From Nitrospirota bacterium (GTDB taxonomy: Bacteria; Nitrospirota; Nitrospiria; Nitrospirales; Nitrospiraceae), in assembly GCA_963701855.1 (NCBI GenBank), contig CAVPBK010000006.1, positions 1,216,001 to 1,280,000 on the forward strand: a stretch of DNA of 64,000 nt, written 5' to 3'. Every line of letters begins with the position of its first letter. Position 1 is the stretch's first letter. The notes beneath the pieces are model-generated. The model searched no databases and was not told the DNA's origin. It saw only the letters and a list, made by a program, of their open reading frames with translations. A program made the translations under genes and the position numbers. Shown piece after piece: positions 27,893 through 38,035 of this stretch.

Positions 27893-28137
27893 AGGTTCGC
27901 ACTCGTATCGCGAGGCGAGGAAGCACAGTACGAACCCTAGCATGCACAATCTTGGAGGATCAACGGGCGTAAGAGGGGGCGGGCGCTCGAGGCTGGGAAT
28001 TGTTGCTATCGCGTATCCGCAAGCGTAGCATCCACCTATTCATTTTGCTGAGAATGTTCTCCAGTCCGGTATTTCCCGGCCACCGAACGGGCAGGGACAA
28101 TGCCCACTTACACAGGGACGAGCCAACGAGGTACAGA

Positions 28138-30462
28138 TTGGAATCCGCCGCAGACCGGCTTGAGTTTGTGACAGTCGAAGGGCTCTTGGCCTACGGGGAG
28201 ATGTTGGCGCGTTGTACTGCCGGTGAGGGAATTGCGCTCCCACCCATCCCGAATTCCTCAGCCGATCGACCGCAGCGAACCCGTGACGCTATGGAGAAGA
28301 TCAGAGCGTTTGTGCGTGGTGCGCAAGGGGGCTTTCCTGGGGCAGAGGAGTATCGGACTACCCGGCGCGCGCTGATCGAAGGGGGTTGCCGGGGTGACGA
28401 ACTGGTGTTCTTTGCCGCATGGAATACTCTCCTCGCAGCAGGCGAGTTGGCTCCGCTCCTCCGCATGCCGATCAGGTCAGTGCAGAAGCCGACCCACCGT
28501 CGACCGGTGGCGATCGTGCCGCGCGCGCAACTGACGCCGCAATTGGTCGAGGATCGTATCGTGCTGGACTTGGGCGAGGATCGGTTTTGGCTCTTGCCGC
28601 GCGATCTAACCGGTCGCACGCTTCTGTTCACGATGCGTCACGGTATTTCACGCATGGAGAGCAGCATCTATCGAGTCGGGCGCCGCATCGCAAACGTGCT
28701 GGATCCTGAGCGAGGCGTCCCCAAAGCCGACGCGGTCGGTGCAGCCCTGGCCCGGATGCTGGGCCTGGTGGGGCAACAATTGGACTTCCTGCACATTCAC
28801 AACTACCTCGATCCGCGCACCTTCGTCCATCTGGTGAGCCAGAGCCCCAATACACGGCAATTGTATGAACGGGTGATCGCGGCACTGATGCAGGCGCAGG
28901 CGGACCATGCTGAGGCACTCCCACCAGCCTGCGATCCCGCTTTAGACTCCCAGGATTTCGGTTGGGTCACAGGTCTGGAGAAGAAGGTAGAAGCCGAAGA
29001 AGCCGCAAAGGCATTCGGCGTGGACGTGCCCACGGCCAAGCGTCTGATTAAACATCCTCTCTACAGCTACCCGGGCGGGCATTCTTTCTTCGATGTCTAT
29101 GTGGATATCGTCGACGGCTTCCGCCGGCTCGGTCAGTCCCACCAGGGGAAGGCCGTGTGTGTGTACAGCCACAGCTCCACATTGCGGGCGCTCATGATTT
29201 ATCTCGATCCTCGTCCCTTTGGCGAAGCCTTTACCGAGTTTGGCGAATATAAGGAGGGACAGGATAACGTGGTCTTGTTGGCCTACGAACAGGGGCTCTT
29301 ATCCGGCTATTCCACCGCTGTGGGTTTGTCAGCGCGGGAACGGGCGGTGCGGGAGACCTGGGTGAAGGTCGAGCGCGAACGCAGAGACCGGATCACGCTC
29401 AAGCCCCGACAGATCAAGCGGATCGTGGCATTGGTCTCGGGTGGAGATTTTGCCGGTGCCGGCGCCGCGTTGAAAGAGTTGCGTGTGACAGGACACCGGT
29501 TTGGTCTGGAAGTCCACTTCGTCCGTCACGGGTTCTTAGGTCTGGCCAACAACTGGATCACAGCCGTGACCGAGCAGGATACCCGCGGGATGGGCAGCCA
29601 TGCGAGCAGTCCGATTGGGAGCAGCCGATTCGAAGATTTTAAAGACGAGCAGGTGCAGCAGGCCACCATGCGGCATCTTCGGCCCTATATGGAAGATGGA
29701 GCCTTGGTGGTCATCGGTGGGGACGGGAGTCTTCGAGGCGCGCGGGCGCTCTACGAAGGATTTGGAGTTCAGGCAGTAGGGATTCCCGGCTCGATCGACA
29801 ATAATATCGCGGGAACAACGTCCCTGGGTTTTCATTCGGCCCTGTCTCTGGCGAATCAATCCATCGAGTCGCTGAAAGCCACCAGTTCCGCCATGGGCAG
29901 CGTATTTTTTGTCGAGATTATGGGGGCGGGGTCCGGCCATCTTGCCCTCGCCTGTGCGTATCAGGCCAGAGCCGAAGGCCTCTTGATCAACGAGCATCCT
30001 GATCCCGACGCGTATATCGACGACTTCATCCTGGGCACGCTCACCCGCACCTTTGGCGTCCCAAACAAGAGTCATCTGTTTGTGGTGGCGGAACAGACGC
30101 CCCATCGCCATCACCCGGATGGCGGCGTACGAGGTCTGGTCGAGTATGTCGCCAGCACGCTCGCTACGTGGCCACGGTTTCAGGCGCTTCCCGGAGAATA
30201 TCGCCTTGCCCCTACGACCAAGGCCACGATCCTCGGGCACACGTTACGGGGGGCGCCCCCGACCCCCGAGGACAAGACCATCGGACAAGATCTGGCCTAT
30301 GAAGCGATTCGCCGTCTCGTCAAGGAGCCGGAGCGGGTGGTCGGGTGCATGTTGGCCTATCGCGGGCCAGGCACCATCGAGGCGATCCCACTCCACGCTG
30401 TGGCACCGAAGCAGTTCGACTGGGATATCTTTGCCCGAATGCACGGAAGCGAGCTGCCGTAG
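28138..30462 (+). CDS. Histidine-phosphatase domain fused to a PfkA-family kinase domain
   Basis: MRHG and YSHSSTLRAL; then SGGD, GGDGS, PGSIDNN, EIMG, LGHTLRG. TTG start after GAGGT is a guess. Confidence 0.85.
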   Translation: MESAADRLEFVTVEGLLAYGEMLARCTAGEGIALPPIPNSSADRPQRTRDAMEKIRAFVRGAQGGFPGAEEYRTTRRALIEGGCRGDELVFFAAWNTLLAAGELAPLLRMPIRSVQKPTHRRPVAIVPRAQLTPQLVEDRIVLDLGEDRFWLLPRDLTGRTLLFTMRHGISRMESSIYRVGRRIANVLDPERGVPKADAVGAALARMLGLVGQQLDFLHIHNYLDPRTFVHLVSQSPNTRQLYERVIAALMQAQADHAEALPPACDPALDSQDFGWVTGLEKKVEAEEAAKAFGVDVPTAKRLIKHPLYSYPGGHSFFDVYVDIVDGFRRLGQSHQGKAVCVYSHSSTLRALMIYLDPRPFGEAFTEFGEYKEGQDNVVLLAYEQGLLSGYSTAVGLSARERAVRETWVKVERERRDRITLKPRQIKRIVALVSGGDFAGAGAALKELRVTGHRFGLEVHFVRHGFLGLANNWITAVTEQDTRGMGSHASSPIGSSRFEDFKDEQVQQATMRHLRPYMEDGALVVIGGDGSLRGARALYEGFGVQAVGIPGSIDNNIAGTTSLGFHSALSLANQSIESLKATSSAMGSVFFVEIMGAGSGHLALACAYQARAEGLLINEHPDPDAYIDDFILGTLTRTFGVPNKSHLFVVAEQTPHRHHPDGGVRGLVEYVASTLATWPRFQALPGEYRLAPTTKATILGHTLRGAPPTPEDKTIGQDLAYEAIRRLVKEPERVVGCMLAYRGPGTIEAIPLHAVAPKQFDWDIFARMHGSELP

Positions 30463-30516
30463 CAAGATGAATGGAGCGTGGCGCTTCACCGTGAAGGCCG
30501 TGCCCTGAGTCCATCT

Positions 30517-30688
30517 CTAACAGAATGCTGAAAAAGCCCGCCAGCCTGTCTCGTTTGTTTGGTTTGTCTTGTTTATTTGGTTGAACCAGACTAACCAGAT
30601 AGACAAGATGAACCGAATCAACCAGATGAACCTGGCGGCCTGCGTCTGAAATGGCGGTTGCGTTGTGGGCTTGGTGGTCGCTTGCTAG
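30517..30688 (+). mobile_element. Family A element carrying a 9-bp-period repeat hairpin
   Basis: CTAACAGAATGCTGAAAAAG left end; GTTTGTTTG-like units facing AACCAGATG-like units. Confidence 0.65.
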
Positions 30689-30851
30689 AATGCTCAATGT
30701 CAGACAGGCTCCTAGACATCATCGCGAGCAGAGCGGGAAAAGCAGGATGCGCGCGAAATGCGGGATGAGTCAGAATCTCATGTTCCGTCCGTCCCGTCTG
30801 TCTTGCACGGCGCACATTCCGATTGATCAATGACCAGTGACAGCCTTGTCT

Positions 30852-32303
30852 ATGCGTAAAGCCAAAATCGTCTGCACCATTGGCCCTGCCAGCTATTCGC
30901 CCACCTTGCTGGATCAGTTAATTGAGAGCGGCATGGACGCGGCGCGACTCAACTTTTCTCATGGGACTCACGAATCGCATGTGCGCGCGATCAAAGCCAT
31001 TCGCGAAGCAGCGGATCGTCAGCGCGTGGCGGTCGCGATCATCCAGGACCTGCAAGGACCGAGGATCCGTGTTGGAGAAGTCAATCGGGATGGGCTCGAT
31101 TTGGTTGCCGGCCAGACTGTGAGACTCGTGACGACGCTACTCCGGTCCGGCGGTCAACTCGGCGCACAGTCGATCGCTCCATCCGGCATGTTTGAGATCC
31201 CGGTGACGTACCAATACCTGGTGCGGGATGTCCAGCCAGGCGCCCGCGTCCTGATTGACGATGGATTAATCGAGCTGATTGCTGATCGGATTATCGGCGG
31301 TGCCGTCGAATGCGGGGTCGTGACCGGGGGACGACTCACCTCGCACAAGGGAATGAACTTGCCGGATACTCGCATTAGCGCCCCAACTCTGACAGACAAA
31401 GATCGGGACGATCTCCGGCTCGGCATCGCTCAGGGGGTGGACTATGTTGCCCTCTCGTTTGTCAGAGGTCCCGATGACGTGATGGCCGCAAGGAAGTTAG
31501 TGGCCGACTGGGGCGGGGACGTACCGATTATTGCAAAGATCGAAAGGCCGGAAGCGGTTGAGTCCTTGGACGCGATTCTTGATCAGGCGGACGGTGTGAT
31601 GGTTGCGCGGGGTGATCTGGGAGTGGAGATGGGGCCGGAGGCGGTTCCGCTCATACAGAAACGTATCATCGCCGAAGCCAACCGCCGCCGCCGCCTCGTG
31701 ATCACGGCCACTCAGATGTTAGAGTCCATGACGCAGCACACGCGCCCGACAAGGGCCGAAGCGTCGGATGTGGCTAATGCCGTGCTTGATGGGACTGATG
31801 CCGTTATGCTGTCCGCAGAAACGGCGATAGGACAGCACCCGGTTGAAACAGTCCGAGTCATGGACCGAATCATTCGAGCCGCAGAAGAAGGGGCTCGATC
31901 ATGGTGTATGCGCTCGTTCGACGCGCCACAGGGGGAAGGTTCATTCCCGGAGGCCATTTGCCATTCGGCCTCTTCTGCAGCCTCAGCCATCGGGGCAAGC
32001 GTCATCGTGGCATTTAGCGAACGGGGTGCGACTGCGCGCTTGCTGTCAAAACAGCGACCCGACGCGTCAATTATTTCATTGACTCCATTTGAGTCCGTAC
32101 GGCAGCGGATGGCGCTGTACTGGGGTGTGATCCCTCATACAATGCGGCAGATCGCTCAAACCGATGAGCGGATCGATGAAGCGGAGCGCCGCCTGAAGAC
32201 CGAGGGGCTGGCGACAACGGGGCAGCGGATCGTGATTTTATCGGGGACCAGGATTGGTCAGCCCGGGGAGACCAATTTGATGAAGCTACACACAGTCGGG
32301 TGA
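30852..32303 (+). CDS. pyk: Pyruvate kinase
   Basis: KIVCTIGPAS, RLNFSHG, AKIE, MVARGDLG, ATQMLESM, DAVMLS. Confidence 0.97.
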   Translation: MRKAKIVCTIGPASYSPTLLDQLIESGMDAARLNFSHGTHESHVRAIKAIREAADRQRVAVAIIQDLQGPRIRVGEVNRDGLDLVAGQTVRLVTTLLRSGGQLGAQSIAPSGMFEIPVTYQYLVRDVQPGARVLIDDGLIELIADRIIGGAVECGVVTGGRLTSHKGMNLPDTRISAPTLTDKDRDDLRLGIAQGVDYVALSFVRGPDDVMAARKLVADWGGDVPIIAKIERPEAVESLDAILDQADGVMVARGDLGVEMGPEAVPLIQKRIIAEANRRRRLVITATQMLESMTQHTRPTRAEASDVANAVLDGTDAVMLSAETAIGQHPVETVRVMDRIIRAAEEGARSWCMRSFDAPQGEGSFPEAICHSASSAASAIGASVIVAFSERGATARLLSKQRPDASIISLTPFESVRQRMALYWGVIPHTMRQIAQTDERIDEAERRLKTEGLATTGQRIVILSGTRIGQPGETNLMKLHTVG

Positions 32304-32321
32304 GCTGAGCAAGCTGAGCGG

Positions 32322-32343
32322 GCTCTGTGCCCGCACAGAGCCT
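32322..32343 (+). terminator. GC hairpin after pyk
   Basis: GGCTCTGTGC-CC-GCACAGAGCC; no clear U-tract. Confidence 0.3.
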
Positions 32344-32376
32344 GGAGGAGTGCAGATTGGGAGAAAATAGTACACG

Positions 32377-32937
32377 ATGATGCCTAACGGTATGGGGCGG
32401 CTAGTGTTTATTCTGTGTCAGTTGCTTGTTCTGGTGTTGTCGGCCGGAGATGGACTCGCGCAGACCGGATCCCTCAAGCACTCACCGGCGGATGTGGTAA
32501 AACGATATCTGGCGCTCGATTATAAGGGGGCGCGGCTCGATGCCATGTCGGCCGAAACGGTCGCGTCCTACACGAGTTGGAGTGAGGAGCCGGCGTGGGG
32601 GCATGTCGTCGTGACGCGAGGTTTTGTCGTGGCTGAGCAGTACCGCCAATGGGAGGTGATCGATAGGCTGGAAGTCGTGATTCCAGTCACCTTTCAGGTC
32701 ATAGGCTCGGTGTATCTGGAAACCGCCGGGTTCATCCAGGAGACTGAAACAGAAGAGGTTCGATTTCGCGTGAAAGCCGTTAAGAATCGATGGAAGATTG
32801 TCGAGCCGATGCTTCCCCCTCATGTGGGGCAAAAGCGGATGGCGAATTTTGTGCGCGAAGCCCGGGGGAAGGAAACCGACCCGGCAAAGCAAGACCGTCT
32901 GGGGGTATTACAAGAAGAGTTGCGAAAGGCAAAGTGA
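32377..32937 (+). CDS. Exported hypothetical protein
   Basis: Signal peptide; operonic with the downstream HAD gene. Confidence 0.75.
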   Translation: MMPNGMGRLVFILCQLLVLVLSAGDGLAQTGSLKHSPADVVKRYLALDYKGARLDAMSAETVASYTSWSEEPAWGHVVVTRGFVVAEQYRQWEVIDRLEVVIPVTFQVIGSVYLETAGFIQETETEEVRFRVKAVKNRWKIVEPMLPPHVGQKRMANFVREARGKETDPAKQDRLGVLQEELRKAK

Positions 32938-33586
32938 TGATGGGGAAGACCTCGGTCGAGCTGTTGATCTTCGATTTGGATGGAACGCTCATCGAGTCCA
33001 AATGGGACATTGCCGCGTCGGTGAATTTCACGTTGGCCGAGCTGGGACTGCCGCAGCGGCCTACCGAGGAAATCTTTGGGTTTGTAGGGGATGGGGTGAA
33101 ACAACTGTTGCGCTTGTCGATCGGTGAGGGTAGCCGAGTCACCTTCGACGAGGCGTTGCGGGTGTTCAGAGGCCAGTACTTAGCCCATTGCCTCGATCGC
33201 ACGACATTCTATCCCGGTATTGATGAGATGCTCACGCATTTCGCAGGCAAGCGGAAGGCGGTCGCCACCAACAAGTCAATCGAGTACACCAACGTGATTC
33301 TCCAGGGACTGGGGGGAATCATTTTCAGTTCGTCGTCGGAGGCGATCGCGGGTTTGGATTGAAGCCGGAGCCGGGCATGCTGTTGCATGTGATGGAACAA
33401 TTGAACGTGCCGAAAGAACAGACCGTGCTCGTCGGGGACAGCACCAACGACATCAACGGCGGGCATAATGCCGGGATTCGTGTCTGTGCGGTCGGGTACG
33501 GCATGGGGAATCGCAGCAAAATGGAAGCCTGCAAGCCGGATTGGTTCATCGAACGACCGGAACAACTCATGGAGCTATTCGTATGA
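32937..33586 (+). CDS. HAD phosphatase (Gph-like), frameshift at G6 run 33311-33316
   Basis: FDLDGTL and ATNK in one frame; KPEP and VGDS..D in another; adding one base joins them. Confidence 0.85.
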
Positions 33587-35193
33587 AAAATAGGTTGAGG
33601 TTGAGTAAAGACAGTAAAAAAAATGGTCGGTGCTTTCTGATTCTCTGTGTAATCCTTGGCCTGAACCTTAGCCTTGGCATCGACCTGCCCCATGCCGCCT
33701 CGTTCGGGCTGGCGGATCGTGTGGTGGAACAGAAACTGGCAAATGGGTTGACCGTGCTCATGGTCGAACGGCATCAGACGCCGGTGGTTTCTCTCAACAT
33801 GACCTTTGGGGTCGGGGGAGTCAACGAACAGGTGGGGCAAACCGGTCTGGCGCATCTCTATGAACATATGGCCTTCAAGGGCACAAGGACGGTCGGGACG
33901 AAGAATTACGAAAAAGAACGCCCTATTCTCGAAGAGTGGTTTCGCGTGGGGACCGAGCTGGAGCAGCGGCAACGGGAACTTGCACGGAAGAGTCAAGAGA
34001 GGCCCGCCAGTTCCGAAGATCGGGCAACCATCGAGGGGTTGCAGAAACGATTTACCGAACTACAAGATCAGGCGGGACAGTTTGTCGCGGGCAATGAGAT
34101 GGCCCTCCTCTACCAACGCCACGGGGGGGTCGGGCTCAATGCGGCGACCGGCAAGGATCTGACTCGCTATATGATCAACCTCCCGGCGAACCGTCTGCCT
34201 TTGTGGGCTGCGCTCGAAGCCGATCGCATGGCGCACCCGGTCCTCCGCGAGTTCTACAAAGAACGCGGAGTGGTCATGGAGGAGCGGCGGTTGCGGAATG
34301 ACGACAGCCCCAATGGACTGTTGTACGAAACCTTCACCTCAGCCGCCTTCCGCGCACATCCCTATGGCATTCCGACCATCGGTTGGGAGTCGGACATTCT
34401 GTCGCTCACTCCGGCCGACACCGAAGCCTTCTTCAAAACCTACTACGGTCCCGGCAATGCGACGATCGCCATCGTGGGCGATATTAACCCGAAGGACGTC
34501 ATGACGCTGATCGAGCAGACGTTCGGCACAATACCGGCCTCGCCTTTGCAGCCCTCGATCGTCACCGTTGAGCCGCCTCAACGAGGGGAGCGCCGCGTGG
34601 AGGTGGAGTTCGATGCCGAACCGTCGCTGATCATCGGATTTCACAAGCCGGCGTTGGGCCATCACGACGATTATGTCTTCGACGTGATCGATGCGGTGCT
34701 GAGCGACGGGCTCACGTCCCGGCTCTATGCGAAGCTGGTCCGTGAAAAACGGATCGCCGCCTCGGTCAACTCCGATTCGAATCATCCGGGGGTCCGCTCC
34801 CCGAATCTATTCGTACTCAATGCCACGCCACTTGCGCCCCATACGACGGCAGAAGTCGAAGCCGCCATCTATGCCGAGATCGAACGGCTCAAGACAGAGC
34901 CGGTTTCTGCCAAAGAGCTTGAGAAAGTGCTGAATAATCTCGATGCCGACTTGGTCCGGGCGCTCCGATCCAACGGAGGCCTTGCTTCTCAATTGGCGCT
35001 CTTTCAGACGGTGGCGGGAGACTGGCGCTACGCGATAAAGTCCCGGGATAAGATTGCCGCCGTCACGCCTGCTGATATCCAACGTGTGGCCACTGCGTAT
35101 TTCACGAAATCGAACCGAACGGTGGCGACGTTGGTGAAGAAGGCCGGAGAAAAAAATGTTGCGGCTTCGCCGCAACACGAGGTGGCGCGATGA
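33583..35193 (+). CDS. M16 (pitrilysin) zinc peptidase, catalytic subunit
   Basis: GLAHLYEHMAFKGT (HxxEH), ERGVVMEE, HPY. Confidence 0.92.
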   Translation: MKNRLRLSKDSKKNGRCFLILCVILGLNLSLGIDLPHAASFGLADRVVEQKLANGLTVLMVERHQTPVVSLNMTFGVGGVNEQVGQTGLAHLYEHMAFKGTRTVGTKNYEKERPILEEWFRVGTELEQRQRELARKSQERPASSEDRATIEGLQKRFTELQDQAGQFVAGNEMALLYQRHGGVGLNAATGKDLTRYMINLPANRLPLWAALEADRMAHPVLREFYKERGVVMEERRLRNDDSPNGLLYETFTSAAFRAHPYGIPTIGWESDILSLTPADTEAFFKTYYGPGNATIAIVGDINPKDVMTLIEQTFGTIPASPLQPSIVTVEPPQRGERRVEVEFDAEPSLIIGFHKPALGHHDDYVFDVIDAVLSDGLTSRLYAKLVREKRIAASVNSDSNHPGVRSPNLFVLNATPLAPHTTAEVEAAIYAEIERLKTEPVSAKELEKVLNNLDADLVRALRSNGGLASQLALFQTVAGDWRYAIKSRDKIAAVTPADIQRVATAYFTKSNRTVATLVKKAGEKNVAASPQHEVAR

Positions 35194-36662
35194 TGAACGT
35201 GAAGCGTGAAATGCGAAATGTGAAGCGATGGAGTGTCGTGTTGTGCTCGACGATCGTGGCCGTTGCCATCCCGGTGCTGACAGCCTGTGCTGGAGACCTT
35301 GCGCTGGGCGATCCCAGACAGATGACGTTTAAGACGGTAGAGTTTACTCCGCCTGAGCCGGATCGCGTGGTGTTCGAGAACGGGATGGTCGTTTATCTCC
35401 TGGAGGACCATGAGTTGCCCTTGGTCAGCATGACGGCGACCATGCGAACGGGAAGCTGGCTTGATCCAGCCGATAAGATCGGTCTGGCTTCGTTGACCGG
35501 TTCCGTCATGCGGACCGGCGGGGGCGGCAGTTTGTCGGCCGAGCAAGTGGATGAGGAACTCGAACAGTTCGCCGGAGATGTCGGTATCTCGATCGGACGG
35601 CAATCCGGTTCTGCATCGCTCGATGTGCTCAGCAAGGACTTGAAGCGAGGGCTCCAGATTTTCGCGGGACTCATTCGGACTCCCGCCTTTGAGCCTGCGC
35701 GGGTTGAATTAGCTAAGTTGCAGGCCATCGAAGGGATTCGCCGTAGGCAAGATAACCCCGGCGCGATCGTTGGACGTGAGTTCGTCAAGCTCCTGTATGG
35801 AGAGGATCACCCGACAGCGCGCGAAAGCAGCATCGGGTCCATCACCCGCATCACCAGAGACGACCTGCTCGGCTTTCACCGGAAGACCATTCATCCGAAC
35901 GGCATGATGCTGGGAGTAACGGGCGACTTCGACAAATCCGCAATGCTGGCCCTCCTGCGCGACGTATTCGGCGATTGGAAAAAAGGCGAGGTGCCGGTGT
36001 TGACGATTGCCGACGTACCTCAGAGCGCAACGGCGAAGCCCGTTGTCCGGTTCGTGAACAAGGAGACCTCTCAGACGCATCTCCGCCTCGGTCATTTGTC
36101 TATTAAAGAGCAGGATCCCGACTATGTGGCCTTGGCGATCGCGAACGACATTCTGGGGGGCAGTTCCTTTCGCAGCCGTCTCTTCAACGACGTGCGGACC
36201 AAGCGGGGCTTGGCCTACTCGGTCGGCAGCCGCTTGAACTCCGGGGTGCACGATCAAGGCGTCTGGCTGATGCGTGCGGAGACAAAGTTGCCATCGACGC
36301 AAGAGGTCGTCGCTCGATTTATCGCGAACATGGAACGAATGCGGACAGAGTTGGTGACGGACAGCGAGCTGGCAGAAGCGAAAGAGGCCTATGTAAACTC
36401 GTTTGTGTTTTCCTTCGCCAGTTCGTCGGCGATCGTGGGGCGGTTGATCGGACTGGAATACGACGGGCTTCCCAAGGATTTTCTCCAGCAATTGCGTGCC
36501 CGCGTGATCGCGTTGACGAAAGAGGAAATCCTGGCGGCATCGAAGAAACATTTCAACCCAGAACGTCTGACCATTGTCGCTGTTGGGTCCGGCGAGGCTT
36601 TGCCGAAGTCGCTGTCGGGATTTGGGGAAGTGAAAGAAATAAAGTTAGCTCCAGAGAGCTGA
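35190..36662 (+). CDS. M16 peptidase, non-catalytic partner subunit
   Basis: SRLFNDVRTKRGLAYSV; no HxxEH. Confidence 0.9.
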   Translation: MMNVKREMRNVKRWSVVLCSTIVAVAIPVLTACAGDLALGDPRQMTFKTVEFTPPEPDRVVFENGMVVYLLEDHELPLVSMTATMRTGSWLDPADKIGLASLTGSVMRTGGGGSLSAEQVDEELEQFAGDVGISIGRQSGSASLDVLSKDLKRGLQIFAGLIRTPAFEPARVELAKLQAIEGIRRRQDNPGAIVGREFVKLLYGEDHPTARESSIGSITRITRDDLLGFHRKTIHPNGMMLGVTGDFDKSAMLALLRDVFGDWKKGEVPVLTIADVPQSATAKPVVRFVNKETSQTHLRLGHLSIKEQDPDYVALAIANDILGGSSFRSRLFNDVRTKRGLAYSVGSRLNSGVHDQGVWLMRAETKLPSTQEVVARFIANMERMRTELVTDSELAEAKEAYVNSFVFSFASSSAIVGRLIGLEYDGLPKDFLQQLRARVIALTKEEILAASKKHFNPERLTIVAVGSGEALPKSLSGFGEVKEIKLAPES

Positions 36663-36670
36663 GAGAGGAG

Positions 36671-36772
36671 TGGGCGGGAGGCTCAGGCCATCCCCCCTGC
36701 TCCCGGAGCGCGCACGATCAGAATGTGCTCGCTCAACGGCCGCAATAGGGGATAGCCTGAGCCTCCCGCCCA
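36671..36772. repeat. Palindromic intergenic element
   Basis: TGGGCGGGAGGCTCAGGC / GCCTGAGCCTCCCGCCCA arms around GCGCACGATCAGAATGTGCTCG, related to the module at 53840. Confidence 0.65.
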
Positions 36773-36834
36773 GAAAAGTAGTGAGTAAAAGTAAAAGTTA
36801 GGGAGGCGGCTCCACACTTCGGGAAAGTCATACT

Positions 36835-37659
36835 ATGCCACTCAGTTTCGCGACTGTATCTGGGGTGAACCTTCTTCTTGCCTATCTTGATTTGATCGGA
36901 ACAAAGTACTTCTATGAAAACAGTGAACTAGACGAACAAATAGAAAGGATTTCGCAGATTGTTGGTGCAGTACATGCGGAAATTGATAATACCTTTGATG
37001 AAGACAAAACAAATCTATTCGTCCACATGTATGCGGACTCCCTCGTGATTGCCGAGAAGAATCCGATTGAACGTTGCGCGCAGAAGCTTGTTGATCTGAT
37101 GTTGAAGGTCCAGCGTCAAGTTCTTGTGGATAGCCAATCTAATAAGATCAAGGCGAAGGATTCTGGAAAGAGTAAATTAATGCCAACTTTAAGCCGAGCC
37201 CTGGTAAAAAGAGGTCCTTATTACGGAATGATTCGCAGTGAGATGGAGCAATCGATCGACAACATTTTTTCCAACTTTAGTTTGGTCGGCGGCTCAGCGA
37301 TCGTTAAGATGAACGACGCTCTCGAAGGTTTACCTATGGGGACGTACATTGACGCGTCGCTTGTCAGGGAAGCAGAGATTGCACAGGAAAGACTGATCGA
37401 CATAACTGGTGAGAGCGGATCAAAGTTTGTTAAGCCTAGAGATGGTTTCGATTTCTTGCGCAGTACCCTTTCTCCTATACAGAACGGCTCTGCGGACATT
37501 AAGGTTTGGGTTGAGCAATTGATTGAGTCCTCAGGCAATGACCAACACTTTAGAACTAAAATCACTCCATGGGTAGATGCAGTAAGAGGAGCTTGTCAAT
37601 CGATATGTCGGACACATGGCTACTGTCACCCTACACAGCAACCTCTACCGGGATATTGA
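36835..37659 (+). CDS. AT-rich hypothetical protein, possible class III nucleotide-cyclase-like fold
   Basis: AYLDLIG ... YADSLVI ... RALVKRG ... VGGSAIV pattern. Confidence 0.6.
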   Translation: MPLSFATVSGVNLLLAYLDLIGTKYFYENSELDEQIERISQIVGAVHAEIDNTFDEDKTNLFVHMYADSLVIAEKNPIERCAQKLVDLMLKVQRQVLVDSQSNKIKAKDSGKSKLMPTLSRALVKRGPYYGMIRSEMEQSIDNIFSNFSLVGGSAIVKMNDALEGLPMGTYIDASLVREAEIAQERLIDITGESGSKFVKPRDGFDFLRSTLSPIQNGSADIKVWVEQLIESSGNDQHFRTKITPWVDAVRGACQSICRTHGYCHPTQQPLPGY

Positions 37660-37699
37660 GATGGTTGTAAGTGCGACGAGTCTATGAAAGGAGACGGTC

Positions 37700-37993
37700 A
37701 TGGTGACCTATCTGATGCTCCTCAATTGGACGGATCAGGGAATCAAGAATGTGAAGGATTCGCCGAAGCGGCTGGATGGGGTGAAGAAGCTCGCGAAGGA
37801 CTTGGGTGGCGAGGTCAAATCCTTCTATATGACATTGGGGGAGTATGATCTGGTACTCGTCGTTGATATGCCGAACAACGACAAGCTTGCGAGTTTCGGC
37901 CTCAAGTTGGGATCGCTCGGCAATGTGCGGTCCACGACTCTCAGGGCCTATTCCGAGGATGACTATCGCCGCATCATTAGCGGCCTGAGTTAA
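37700..37993 (+). CDS. GYD-domain protein
   Basis: WTDQGI, YMTLGEYDLV, GNVRSTTLRAY; AAGGAG RBS. Confidence 0.88.
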   Translation: MVTYLMLLNWTDQGIKNVKDSPKRLDGVKKLAKDLGGEVKSFYMTLGEYDLVLVVDMPNNDKLASFGLKLGSLGNVRSTTLRAYSEDDYRRIISGLS

Positions 37994-38035
37994 GATGGAT
38001 GGGCGGGCGGCACAATCATATCCTGAAGGGTTTCT

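Noticed and set aside
35196..35228. Heptamer-like repeats GTGAAGC/GTGAAAT at the start of the M16 subunit
   Set aside because: Only four degenerate units in a signal-peptide region; too weak to call.
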